Assembly (NCBI RefSeq): GCF_000150275.1
Contig: NW_002060947.1
Coordinates: forward strand, 6,943,677 to 7,007,676
DNA: 64,000 bases
From: Trichoplax adhaerens
Taxonomy: Eukaryota > Animalia > Placozoa
Direction of reading: 5' to 3'
The position numbers and the translations under genes were made by a program. The notes below the pieces were generated by a model. The model was not told the DNA's origin. It saw only the letters and a program-made list of their open reading frames with translations, and searched no databases. Below are positions 12,722 through 29,025 of the stretch, piece by piece. Each line of letters opens with the position of its first letter. Within the stretch, counting starts at the first letter, position 1.

Positions 12722-15270
12722 GTAAGATGAAGAGAGCGATCGGACAGGCATGCCAACAAGGTATCCAATACTACTGCAATGGACAGATGGCCATGATTTT
12801 ACAGTATACGACTATGAAATGGCTTCTCCTTGATTTCCCTTGACAGTATGAAGAGTATACTATTCGCTATTTCCCCTTTCTATCATTTTTTCAGAGGTAA
12901 ACGGAAACGGTAAAGCCATGTTGATGAAGAAACGATGGAGATCAACAGTAATATCCGACTCCTACAATTTTGATGGACTTTGATGGTATTTTCATACCGT
13001 TGATACGATGAGAGTATCAATTTGTCGCCATTCCATCAGTATCATGGAAAGTCAATGAAATTGGGTTGTCTTAAGCTCTATTTACTAGTCACTTTTCTAT
13101 CTACTGTAGTTCTAGAGCAAGCATCAGTAACAGTAAGAGCTAGATCGGAAAGGCACATCGCCTACTGCTTTATTGCAATCTTGACTTCAATTTAGTCTAT
13201 CAAAACTGTCGGAGTCAAATATTACTGTTGATCCTACGACGATATACTATGGCTTTCTTGAAGTAGTCCATGATCGGGATTCCTTCCTATGGATACCGAT
13301 TTCTACTCATTTTTGGACCACAGTATGTTAATCTCATGGCAGCACTAAAGTGGACTGTAGAGTAGAAAATTTCTCTTTTCCTAATAGACGATGATGAGTT
13401 AGTTTATGACTGGCTTATCCATCTACTACAGCCTACCATCAGCGGATGGTAGGCTGTATGATAGCCTACTAGCCATCACTGTGTCAACGAAATGCGAGAG
13501 ATAGCTCGTAAAGGATAGTGGACTAATTTCTGTCCTTGAACAACTCCCCTTGTCAATCAAATTGCAGCTGATTAATAAATTAATTCATTATTGCCTGCAC
13601 AAGTGGATTAACCTTGACAAGAACAGACAAAGCCAACATTAGAGCTAAAGAATGTAAATTTGTGATGCAAAAATGTGTAAAACAGATGTCGTTTTCAATC
13701 GATTACGTTATTACGAACACCGCTTAGCTGACGACATTGGTTTTGCATCGTTGCTACGCAACTTCTTGTACTCTACAGTAGGTCAATCTGTAGTCTTAGC
13801 CTAGCCGCCGCTAATAAGCCTTCCTTTGCTATTTAATTAATATGTAAAAATTATTTCCTGCACTAGTCGATTAACCTTGACAAGAACAGACAAAGCCAAC
13901 TGCAGAGCTAAAGGTTGTAAATTTGTGATGCAAAAATGTGTAAAACAGATGTCGTTTTCAATCGATTACGTTATTACGAACACCGCTTAGCTGACGACAT
14001 TGGTTTTGCATCGTTGCTACGCAACTTCTTGTACTCTACAGTAGGTCAATCTGTAGTCTTAGCCTAGCCGCCGCTAATAAGCCTTCCTTTGCTATTTAAT
14101 TAATATGTAAAAATTATTTCCTGCACTAGTCGATTAACCTTGACAAGAACAGACAAAGCCAACTGCAAAGCTGCCTTGTGTGGCCCTTCACTAAAGCAAA
14201 ATGATTATGCTGCAAAAATGTGTAAAACAGATGTCGTATTGAATGGGTTACGCAACTGGCGACATTGGTTTTGCATCGTTGCTGACTCTCCAAGCTGGAC
14301 AACTTATTGTACTGTAGGTCAATATGTAGTCTTAGCCTAGCCGTAAATAAACCTTCCTCTGCTATTGAATTAACATTTAAAAATTATTTCCAGCAGTCTT
14401 AGAGCTAAAGATTGTGATGCAAAAACGTAAAACATGTAATGTAAAAGGTAAAACAGATGTCGTATTCAAAGGGGTACGCACCTGGCGACATTGGTTTTGC
14501 ATCGTTGCTAACTCTCCAAGCTGGGCAACTTATTGTACTGTAGGTCAATCTGTAGCCTTAGCCTAGCCGCCAATAAACCTTCCTCTGCTATTGAATCAAT
14601 CAATATTTAATAAAGATTATTTGCAGCTGCCTTACAGCTGAAGACTGTGATGCCAAAATGTGCAAAACAGATGTCATATTCAAGGGGTTACGCAACTGGC
14701 GACATTGGTTTTGCATCGTTGCTAACTCTCCAAGCTGGGCAACTTATTGTACTGTAGGTCAATCTGTAGCCTTAGCCTAGCCGCCAATAAACTTTCCTCT
14801 GCTATTGAATTAATATTTAAAAATTATTTCCAGCAGTCTTAGAGCTAAAGATTGTGATGCAAAAACGTACAACATGTAATGTAAAATGTAAAACAGATGT
14901 CGTATTCAAGGGGTTACGCAACTGGCGACATTGGTTTTGCATCGTTGCTAACTCTCCAAGCTGGGCAACTTATTGTACTGTAGGTCAATCTGTAGCCTTA
15001 GCCTAGCCGCCAATAAACTTTCCTCTGCTATTGAATCAATATTTAATAAAAATTAATTATTTGCAGCTGCCTTACAGCTGAAGATTGTGATGCCAAAATG
15101 TGTAAAATAGATGTCGTATTCAATGGATTACGCTGACTATCATTGGTGACATTGGTTTTGCATCCTTGCTGACTCTCCAAGCTGGGCAACTTCTTGTACC
15201 GTACAGTACTATAGGTCAATAAGTAGTCTTAGTCTAGCCGCTAGCAAACCTTCCTCTGCTATTTAATTAA
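12722..15270. mobile_element. Composite interspersed repeat, copy 1 (non-autonomous element with internal tandem array)
   Basis: Near-identical and collinear with 61322-64000. Contains a 40-bp inverted repeat, a 14-bp perfect hairpin and a ~7-unit tandem array. No transposase ORF. The left boundary is uncertain because copy 2 starts at an N gap. Confidence 0.7.
13606..15270. repeat. Tandem array of ~210-263-bp units (7 units; the last four alternate A/B)
   Basis: The core GACATTGGTTTTGCATC..GTAGGTCAATCTGTAG.CTTAGCCTAGCCG recurs. Units begin at ~13606, 13869, 14132, 14385, 14617, 14824 and 15057. Confidence 0.95.
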
Positions 15271-15543
15271 TATTTAATCAACTGATGAATGAGTCACTAC
15301 CGTACCATCTGTAGGCGCATTCCTGCACGGTTAATCACGGCGTCGTTCCACCGTCTGTCCGCCAGCAAGTCTCTTGCCCAATCAGCATTTTGTCAGGCGA
15401 TAGTCTAGGTGCCCAAAAGGGGCCCAATATCGTATGGAAATGTATGGTGGAACGAGCCGTATCTGGTAATTGTATGCAAAGGAGTCCAGTATATCTAGCT
15501 GCAACCTCCTTGCGTTGGCTTATTTGCTGGTAAGAGAAAGCAA

Positions 15544-19684
<4,141 letters not shown>

Positions 19685-20597
19685 AATCTACTTCTAACGG
19701 ATTCCTTACATATGCGATGGAATATATTGTTGTGGTTTATGGAGATAAATCACCGTTTTACTGTGTACTTGATTTGTGTCGAAACGACATTTTATACCGT
19801 TATTTCAGAGTAGATAATTATCAACTGCTCGAAATTGTTTCAATCAGCGAAAAATTTAGATTAGTACACTTTTATTTGTATTATATGACCGTTCCTTTTT
19901 AACGTTTAATTTATTTTTAAGGCGTTAGGATTGTAGGTATTTTCAATGTGTGTAAAGTAGCAATTAAATCATTCCATAATTCAATAATAATTCGAAAGAT
20001 ATCATGTACCGTATGTGGTTGTAAATTCGTATATATGCATTATCCTAAATGACCGAGATTATTATATGCGGTTATTTAGTTCCATGTTGATGTCTTATGA
20101 CATCATCTCTGTATAAGGATATACGATGATAATTTGTTTTTGAATTTAGGTAGGAACTGAATTAACCAAGCATCATTACATGTCTTTGCTGCTTCTATGA
20201 TTTATCAACAAAGCAATCGATGATTGCAGCAGATCTTAGCACAGCGATCGTCGCATCGGTTGTCACCGACATGATGCTGATGCGGCTAATCTGATACTTA
20301 TAATATAGATCTCTAAATAAACAATCTTATAAACCGGCAATGCTATCTATCATAACCATGATTTTATTGCCCCTCTAAACATCCTTCATTGAAAAATGCA
20401 AAACGAAACGTCTCAATAAGTTGGCGAAACATTTTTTAAATTATAGACTAGTTTAAAAATAGTGAGATTCTTTTTGTTAGAGTGTGGCTGTACAGTACAG
20501 TATATAATTAGTCGATAGATAAAAGGTAATGGCGAAGACAGCAGTCATTTGTACACGTCAATTCTAACCACTACTGCAATGTAAGAAAGAGTTCAAT

Positions 20598-21419
20598 TTA
20601 AGTTTTTCTACGTGTCATATGATCATAAATGACCACTTGAGTATACATTGACGTTAATAATGGCACTCTCATCGAATTATCACCAGGTGTTTGCGCTTTT
20701 GGGTCAACGTTCAAGATTTTTCGGTCTCTTTTATTCTTAAATAATAAACCTGAAGTATTCTCCGACATGACTTGATAGTTGGGCGTCGAATTCGATGTCG
20801 ATGTTTGAGTTTCCCAGTTATAAAAACTCAGATCGGATGCTCTAGGTAATAATTTCTTTTTACCAATAAATATAGGGTCAAAATCTTCCGTTTTTAGACG
20901 ATGAGCATAGTCGATATATCCTAAAAATAGAACCGTAATCGATTTAGACTAAGGGTCAAGAGAAAAGATAAAGATATCACAATTTACATGAAATAATTTT
21001 GTAAATCTACGTAGTGCAAAGATAGAATATAAATCACCTGATATTTCTTGACCTCGAGAATTTTTATCTCGAATAAAAATAATAGATGTCATTTTACCAC
21101 TCCTATTTGCTTCTTCCCTTTGAGCTAAAGCTATGAGAAATTCATCTTTTAATTCTTTACCAGAACTAGCTAATGTCTTTTGTTGGCCACGCTTTGATAA
21201 TCGACTCGCTTCTGCTGCTTTCTTCCTAGCCTCAAATTCCTCACGTTTAAGAACTTCACCGGAGCCTCTATATCCTAATTCGACAAGTTGTCTTGCAAGT
21301 TCTTCATCTTCCAGGTAGTATAAATCCATAGGTGTAATTTGACTATCTAAAAAATCTTCGTACGTATTAAATTCTGTGACTATGCCATCGCCACTGGCTG
21401 GAACGTCGTCCTCCATCAT
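20598..21419 (-). CDS. CFAP299: Cilia- and flagella-associated protein 299 (C4orf22, DUF4464), two exons
   Basis: Exon 21419-~21038 encodes [52 protein letters not shown]. Exon ~20920-20598 encodes [48 protein letters not shown]. Confidence 0.93.
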
Positions 21420-21490
21420 GGTTCCGTTCCGAGTGATTGATCTGACTTTGTTGAATTTGTTGAAATACTTATCGTAGAAACGAGTTCAAT

Positions 21491-21630
21491 AATAATGAAT
21501 CTAGCCTATTTCTAATAGACTATAAATGTTTTGATGATAATGAATCTAGCCTATCTCTAATAGACTATAAATGTTTTGATGATAATGAATCTAGCCTATT
21601 TCGAATAAACTATAAATCTTTTTTGATGAA
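21491..21630. repeat. 45-bp minisatellite x3 just upstream of CFAP299
   Basis: ATAATGAATCTAGCCTAT..CTAATAGACTATAAATGTTTTGATG at ~21491, ~21536 and ~21581. Confidence 0.93.
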
Positions 21631-21920
21631 AAGTAGAAAGATAGTGTTATCAACTTTAAAATTTGTCGGTTAATCAATATTCTAACGACATAAACTATTG
21701 GAAGGGCTTGCTGCAATGTTGCCCAATTAATTGGAATGCAACTGCTTTTACACTCTAGTTGGATATTGTAAAAAAACACTATAACTCTTCTCTATCGTTA
21801 ATGACTGCCTTATATTGATATGGATGTTATAATAATGTGCTTCTAGCTAGTGTTAGCGGCTACTGTTCGTATTATTTTTGTTGCATCCCTACCACCGTTC
21901 CTAGAAAGACTTGAAAGTTC

Positions 21921-22075
21921 GTTGATATAGCAACGCAGTACACAACATTTGCGCATGCGTAATTACCTTGAAGACGTTCTTGAAACGTACCGTACCGGTA
22001 TCATTCGATCCTGGTCTCCTATGGTCGATGGCACTACGGCTACAAGGGTTTCTACTGTCTAGTAGCCATGACAAA
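21921..22075. promoter_or_regulatory. Candidate promoter with RFX X-box-like and NRF1-like motifs
   Basis: GTTGATATAGCAAC (21921-21934), TGCGCATGCGT (21950-21960) and GTAGCCATGACAAA (22062-22075) lie in a GC-richer patch ~500 bp upstream of the ciliary gene CFAP299. Confidence 0.5.
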
Positions 22076-24224
22076 GACCTAAAAAAAACTTCCTACTACA
22101 AGGGAAACTGCTGGAAATTTAGATCGAAACTTACTTTTAAAGCGCCTCGATAGAGCAGTTTGCCTTCTACTAATGCTAGTGTAAAGTCTAGTTAATGATC
22201 ATTATTGAAATTAATTATTACTTGCTGCCCAGTGTAGAACATCAACAAGAGAGACGGGAAACTAATGAAAATAGGGAGGCCGACACTTTGCTTGCTATTT
22301 TAATTGTTGTTTACATGTGAATTAACCGTTTATATAATATTGACTGGTGTGATGAAGCAGGGACTGTTCAATTTAGTAGTTTTTGGACGAAATTAGACTA
22401 GCTTGGCTTTTATTGATTATATTACAGCAGAATAAGGTCTACTTATTCCTTTACTGTCAATTCAACGGTCTCTAAACCCTCGTAAAACAGTCTTCCACCT
22501 GGAAACAGGAATAGTAAAGCTTATAGCGGTCATCTACGAAATTTAAAAATTTGAAAAGACAATTTGAGACGATAGGGGCATCCAATTTCAGTTTATTCTA
22601 CAAATAACATGGGTAGTTAGATATCTATCGTGATTGGTTAGAAGTACAATCGGCAATTTTTGAATTAAAAGGTTTCAGGAACGATGAAATATAGAGTTTG
22701 CGAGAATAATCTGTATAACAAACGCAATACTCAAGCTTCATTTTTCGTTACTTTCCTCAGCACTTTACTTGTTTGCGACATTATGGTATATTTAAATGGC
22801 ATTTACAGATTTGATTTAATTGCGTGGAATATCAGGGACTTTTCAGAAAAATATTCCTCTTCTCCTTTTTCAACTAGTCCTCGTGACTACATAGGCTATC
22901 GAAATGACAATATACCCAAATTTAAAAGACGGATGTGAAAATACTTTCAGCTAAAATGAGTCAAGTATTCGTCACATCTAGGATAGGAATTCATGCTAGT
23001 TCACTTAATTATATTATTTATATATAGTATAAGGAATAGTTATCAAATTCTTGAAATACTCAAAGAAGAGAGTGTGGTAAATTTAAAATCGCCTCATAGA
23101 TTAGTCGCGATCTGTAATTTAAAACAGTAGAATCACGACGCAATCAAGTTAGGTATCCAAGGTGTTAATTGAAGACTTAGCAAAGATTCATTTACATTAT
23201 AAATGAAGTTAATTGATTGCCTAAATTAGGTATCTACCACCGAAATCGCACTTTTACCACCTGGCAAGATACGATAGTTTTGGATTTTTCCCTGATTGAA
23301 TTTCATCTATAAACGTGTTGATATTATGTTTCCAGTCTATTAACTATCTTAATCACCGAGTTGCCTTTAGAGCGCAATAAGATCGATCGATTACGGTAAT
23401 TAAAGACGTAAAACATTAAGTGCTATCAGATAGACCGTAAAGAAATTTCGGCTTGTCTTCCACAAAGAATTAGGTACAAGAAATAAGAAAGGCCTTTGAC
23501 GAAACCTATTAAATCCTATCCAAACAAAGATAGTACGGTAATAAAGTTGTGGCACTACTGATCGTAACCTACTAGACTAGCATATGAAATTTTTACGTAC
23601 TGTATGCTTATGTATAAAATCCACACCAGATCATATATGGTAATTATACTAACTGCATGTTTCTAAATAATCTTTTAATAAAATTTGAATTTCGCATAGG
23701 CATGCCGAGCATGGAATCCTTGATATTGTCAGTTTTAAATGTATGTTTATTAGAAAAATAACAGCCAATCTTAATAGACTGCATATTTAAATCTACAAAG
23801 TTAACAACTACAATGACTGCTCATTGCTGTATCAACCTTAGAGATACTTGCCAATTTCGGGTCGATCGCATTCATGCCGTGAAATGCCCCTAAATTAGTA
23901 AAGAAGAAGTACTGGTGCTTGCGTAATTAGATTCTAAATAACAGGTGTTTATCAAAAATTGACAACTTTGTAAACATGCAGTATCCAATCGATTTATGGA
24001 AGGCAGAGCGATGCTAGTTTAGTATAACAGATTAGGCATAAAACATGGCATACAATCTTTACCACCTGTTTCTCCTTACGGAACCTATCGAAAATGTTAT
24101 AGCAATCTTTCCAGTTAGCCGTTACACCTTCTAGATTACCTCTTGCACCTAGGAGGTGTAAGGTGCTTCTTGAACTCAACGATTGTGTTTATAAGAACCA
24201 GTGTATTTTGACAACTGATATCAA

Positions 24225-25814
24225 ATGCAGAATCAAAAATTCAAAGCAAGACCAGTCTTACAAATGCCATCGTTAATTAAATTACCCTATGAGTTGTTGC
24301 AACTTATCCTTTCTCACCTTACTTTACGTAATTTAGCTGCATTAAGTAGAACATGCAAAGAATTGCACAATTTGATAATGTCAGATTATACTTGGCAAAA
24401 TCTAGTTCATCAAGACTTAACATGTAGTCCCAATCTCTTATTAGGAGAGAATTACTACTTTTTCTACAAGAGAATGTATATTGGCCATGTTGAAATGGTT
24501 AAAACCTACCTAGGTGATGATAATCAATACTGCAAATCCATTAGGTCATTGTGTACGAAATGTAATCCTGACGAATTCTCCGGATGGAAGTTAATCAGCT
24601 ACAGCTATAAGATGTATTTACGAATGCCAACGCTATCAGAAGGTTTACTATTTGCGGCGCGCAATGGCTTAGAGCAATTTGGCCGCCGTATTCTTCATCA
24701 GTTTCGACGAACTTGGCATAATTATACCTCTGCATGTAGCAATTACGATAATCCCATTAAGATTGCAGCATTGATTGCCATTATTCATGACCATATTCAC
24801 TTCGTATGGATGCTAGAAGCTCATGCAAGTCCGCGCCTATGGTGTCCGACTACTTTAATTAGTACCAGTGAGCAGAAATTATTTTACAAAGCTCTACTAT
24901 CTCCGTACAGGACATGCCGATGTATGCTAAATCTAATTAAACCCGAGCGCATACCGCCACTCAACGCAGCGTATAATAACGATATGACTAAGTTGCAACA
25001 ATTAATATCATTAAGGGGCATTAAAAGCGTCAACAAGAAAGATCGCCATGATTGCAACCTGTTACAATATTGTGTAATCTTCCAATTTAATGACAGCATT
25101 AAAATACTCATAGATCATGGCGCATCAATCAACGATGAATTTTCAAATCCTGCGATCAGCCTTTTAGAGATGATTATAATCAAACAAAATATAAAATGTT
25201 TTCAATGGTTTATTCATGATGGAAATGTTCAGCTATGCATTAAATTATCCATTCAACATACTTTTATTGACGGAATTCATTACTTGTATCGACTTTATAA
25301 TCAAGAAGAAATGAAAATTATGATCCGAGAAGAAGTCTATCTTCAACTTGAAGCGATATTGAAAGATACTAAAAGCGAATATTACTGCCAATTTCTACTT
25401 GCTCACCTGGATCATTGCGATTTTTTGGATTTAATGACTATTATAAAATTGGTGCCCTACCTGAAAATAGATCAATCAACCATAACAGAATTTTATAACA
25501 ACAACGCGAGCCTGTCTTTAATTTGTATGCTTAGCCGTTCTGATTTAACACCAATTCAAATAGCAAAGTCTTTACCCTACTTTGACCTTTTGCAAATAAT
25601 TTTATTGCTTGCTGATAAATCACTTGATGATGATATGATCATGCTACAAAGAATATTTATCAATATAATTGATACAAGATGTCGAATTATCCTTACAGAT
25701 AATCGTATGCAAACTCGCTATGATCGAGTAATTAATTATTATTTACAGTATTTGTCTGATCACAATGTCGGAATTAATCCAGCACAAATTGTTGGAAAAT
25801 ATAGGCTGGTATAG
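24225..25814 (+). CDS. F-box and ankyrin-repeat protein (529 aa, single coding exon)
   Basis: N-terminal F-box: LIKLPYELLQLILSHLTLRNLAALSRTCKELHNLIMSDYTW. Ankyrin-like repeats: LLFAARNG, PPLNAAYNND..VNKKDRHDCNLLQYCV..ILIDHGASIN. Confidence 0.85.
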   Translation: MQNQKFKARPVLQMPSLIKLPYELLQLILSHLTLRNLAALSRTCKELHNLIMSDYTWQNLVHQDLTCSPNLLLGENYYFFYKRMYIGHVEMVKTYLGDDNQYCKSIRSLCTKCNPDEFSGWKLISYSYKMYLRMPTLSEGLLFAARNGLEQFGRRILHQFRRTWHNYTSACSNYDNPIKIAALIAIIHDHIHFVWMLEAHASPRLWCPTTLISTSEQKLFYKALLSPYRTCRCMLNLIKPERIPPLNAAYNNDMTKLQQLISLRGIKSVNKKDRHDCNLLQYCVIFQFNDSIKILIDHGASINDEFSNPAISLLEMIIIKQNIKCFQWFIHDGNVQLCIKLSIQHTFIDGIHYLYRLYNQEEMKIMIREEVYLQLEAILKDTKSEYYCQFLLAHLDHCDFLDLMTIIKLVPYLKIDQSTITEFYNNNASLSLICMLSRSDLTPIQIAKSLPYFDLLQIILLLADKSLDDDMIMLQRIFINIIDTRCRIILTDNRMQTRYDRVINYYLQYLSDHNVGINPAQIVGKYRLV

Positions 25815-28572
25815 CATTGTATAGAATTAACAATATACATATCTATCTAAATTATTTAACTTTGGTAGCAGTATAATTAGCTAGAAGTTAGCAATTAAGT
25901 ATGAGTGATACACACTTAGATTATAATTAACCAATTATAAAACGAACATCGCTTAATTCTCCTTCTTTGCCTATACAAGTCAGTGTGATCTATTACGCAA
26001 CAAAAAAAATATTATGCCATAAAGTAAAACTATCAATCTATACACCATAAGTTGTCTTATGCATAACGATGGTATAATTCTAATTAGTTTATTGGCTGCT
26101 CGTAAAGTCAATTTAACTAAATTTTAAATTTCAAAATATTATATTTGATATAATGGAATAAATTGAACAATAAAGATGCTGATAGTAGCCCAAATGTGTC
26201 GCTAACTAGTTCGTATTTCCTCTTTGTCAAGCTAAGGATTATCTAAAAATTAAAATATTTTGCTTACATAATCATATCTAAGCAGCAAATACTATACATA
26301 CTATAAGCGTCACAAAAAATACAATAATTATTTGATTCTAAGTTTAAGTATACCAAAGTCACATTGGCTATCGAAATATTACTCAATCCTGGATAATCCA
26401 ATAGCAATGATAAATATTAGTATAACTATATTGCCTGCGTTGCGATTCAAAATTGTTTTATATCACGGTCAATGAGTACTGTACGACAAAAAGTATCATG
26501 TGGTATGAATTTCTTGAAATTTATAATTATACAGTACATCAAGTATTCAGATTGAATAAATTTCTTTCTTGGGTTTTTAATTTACAACATGAATCATACC
26601 AAAAATTTCACTTTAGCTGCTTGGTTTTGGAATTAATGTGCAAAGCATTCATTAGCCATTCCACTTTGGAAGTTGTCTTTTAGGTCATCAACTATATAAT
26701 GTTTTTGCAATTTAACGTATTAGCAGTCTTGTAGTAATAGTAGTATGATTAAGATAATTCTATTCCATGAGCAAATTTTTCTTATATCCTGTAGATAAAT
26801 GAAGATTATGAAGTTAATAAGATTAACTGAGGGAGTGCCAGCATTCTTTGTGAGGTAATTGCCAATAAGATAGAAAGGCCTGTAAATGTGTCAAATAGAA
26901 TTTTCAGCGAAACGGCAAAGTACTTTCTTACTGTGCCAATATGAAATTTTTAAATGGAGGAGTACTGTTGTCAGAAGTTGATAAGTAAACTAAAAATTAG
27001 CCACTGTATTTAGCAACTAGCAAATAAATTTAAAATATTATTAAAAGTTTATGATCTCTAACTTATCTTTTAACGTACTAGCTACCAGTGCAAAACTATC
27101 AACTTTCGTCTGCAAATTGTAATCTCGGTTGCATGGTAATCCTAAACATTCATAACAGAATCGTTCTTTTTTTTACGACTATCAGTTTGACTAAAAACCT
27201 ATGGGCAAGTGTCGATGATACTGTCTGTATATTGTAGAAACGAGAAGATGAAATGTACGAAAAAGACATTTTTGGACACTATGTTAAAGCAAAAATAGCA
27301 AATTTTTGTCAAGTTGACTGAAGCATGAACTTTTGCTCCCTGAAATAACATCAGATTCAGATGATGCACTCTTCTTCATGTGAAATGCTTGCTTTCCGTA
27401 CATTTTCTGAAAGTGTACTGTACCTGTTTGCTATATATAAAGATTTAAATAAAATTTAGCTAATTTGATATAACAGAAAGCCATCCATAAAGCTTTAGAT
27501 TGGCATAACTGTAAATAAATTTGCTCTATGATCGGAGCTTAGCGACACTGATGCGATCCAAATTTTGTGGTAGCGCGGTTTACTGACAGAATTCCTTTTA
27601 TTTATCTTCCTATTCGATTTTAACAAGATTAGTGCAACTAAGTAATTATGGAATTGGTATGTTACCATCAAATACAATTTAAATCTTTAAAATAGCTGCA
27701 ATTAAAAAATTTATTCCGCTTCAAGAAAAGCTTACGGTACTATTATTCTAGAAGATTAGTCGGCTTGTGGTAAATATACTATCAGAAAATTGTTTCCTGA
27801 CCCAGGTATTAACATAGAAAATGTGAGATCGATTGGTACTAATTTGATTGCGATTACAATTCAGAGAGGTTATCCTTGTGGCTCCGAAATTGATATATCA
27901 CCTTATTCGCTGATTTAATTTTTTTAACAGATGGATGGAGGAAATTTTTAATCGTGATAAATTCTAAATTTTCCTCTCAAAGACATAGAATTTCTGTGTA
28001 TCGCGCTTAGACTGTCGATACTTCTAACCATTTTAGTGCTAGAGAAACTAGTTTATTGCAACAGCCATATAGTTCTTCTCTTATTATTACAATTTCTCTG
28101 CTTGATGCTTGATGTTTATCAATGGATAGGACTGTCATTGACAGAGTAAACAAATTCATGACTGGTAGGAAAATTAAATACGGACAACATTAATAAAACC
28201 AAGGCTAAATTCTCATATGTTACAGTATAACGGTGAATAGCCAGAAAAGTTTCTAAATTTATACGTGTATTTGTGCGTGATTGCGTATTCATTCCCTTAA
28301 TATGGTCGATTAAGGTAGTTTACATCTGCATTCTTAATCGTTATTATGACAAGGCAGTCAAGGCAAAGGCAATTTAAAGTGATTTTGGTAACATCTACGT
28401 TGAATTTGCTTCCAACGATCTCGAACTAGAAAAATTTTATATATATATATCATCATAAATTTATTCCATCGTTAGTGTTCCAAGAGATTTAGGATTATTT
28501 GCCTAGACTACACAAGTCATTAAGACAAGAATCTGTAAGGTAATACCTAATCTTTCAGAAATTTTAAAAGAA

Positions 28573-29025
28573 ATGGCAGAAGAGACAAGTTTAAGCCAAG
28601 CCGATTCAGATCAAACATTCAAAATCGATCGAATGGGAAAATTTAGACGACCCATCCGATATCGGCCAGGCAAATCTTACTCAGCTAATAACGATAAAAC
28701 AAATGTAGTGAGAAATTTGGAAGCTACAGAGGATCTATCTCAAAACCATGCTGTTAACCATGATACAAGAAAAGAAAATCAATCTATTTCGAGGCAATTA
28801 CTGTATGAATGTGACGAAATGATGATCGATTATTTTATGGATGGAGATTATATCGCACGGCAACTTCAAGAGGTAAAATTACAATGTCGTCGAGATATTA
28901 TGACGGAATTCGACAACACCTTTGCCAATGTAATTCATCATCTGGAAAATAAAACGAAACAGTCTGTTTCTCGAACACCGTTAATTGAAAATAAAACCAT
29001 CATTCGTGCTTTTAAACGTACTTAA
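28573..29025 (+). CDS. Hypothetical protein or exon (150 aa)
   Basis: ATG-initiated 150-aa ORF with protein-like composition, preceded by an acceptor-like TTTCAG. No family recognised. Confidence 0.4.
   Translation: MAEETSLSQADSDQTFKIDRMGKFRRPIRYRPGKSYSANNDKTNVVRNLEATEDLSQNHAVNHDTRKENQSISRQLLYECDEMMIDYFMDGDYIARQLQEVKLQCRRDIMTEFDNTFANVIHHLENKTKQSVSRTPLIENKTIIRAFKRT

Noticed and set aside
13606-15270. CRISPR-like repeat/spacer reading of the hairpin units with variable loops
   Set aside because: Units are over 200 bp, the loops are related to each other rather than unique spacers, there are no cas genes, and the context is eukaryotic.
25815-28570. Scattered exon-like segments between the F-box gene and the 28573 ORF
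   Set aside because: Could not be joined into a reading frame; may be UTR exons or intergenic DNA.
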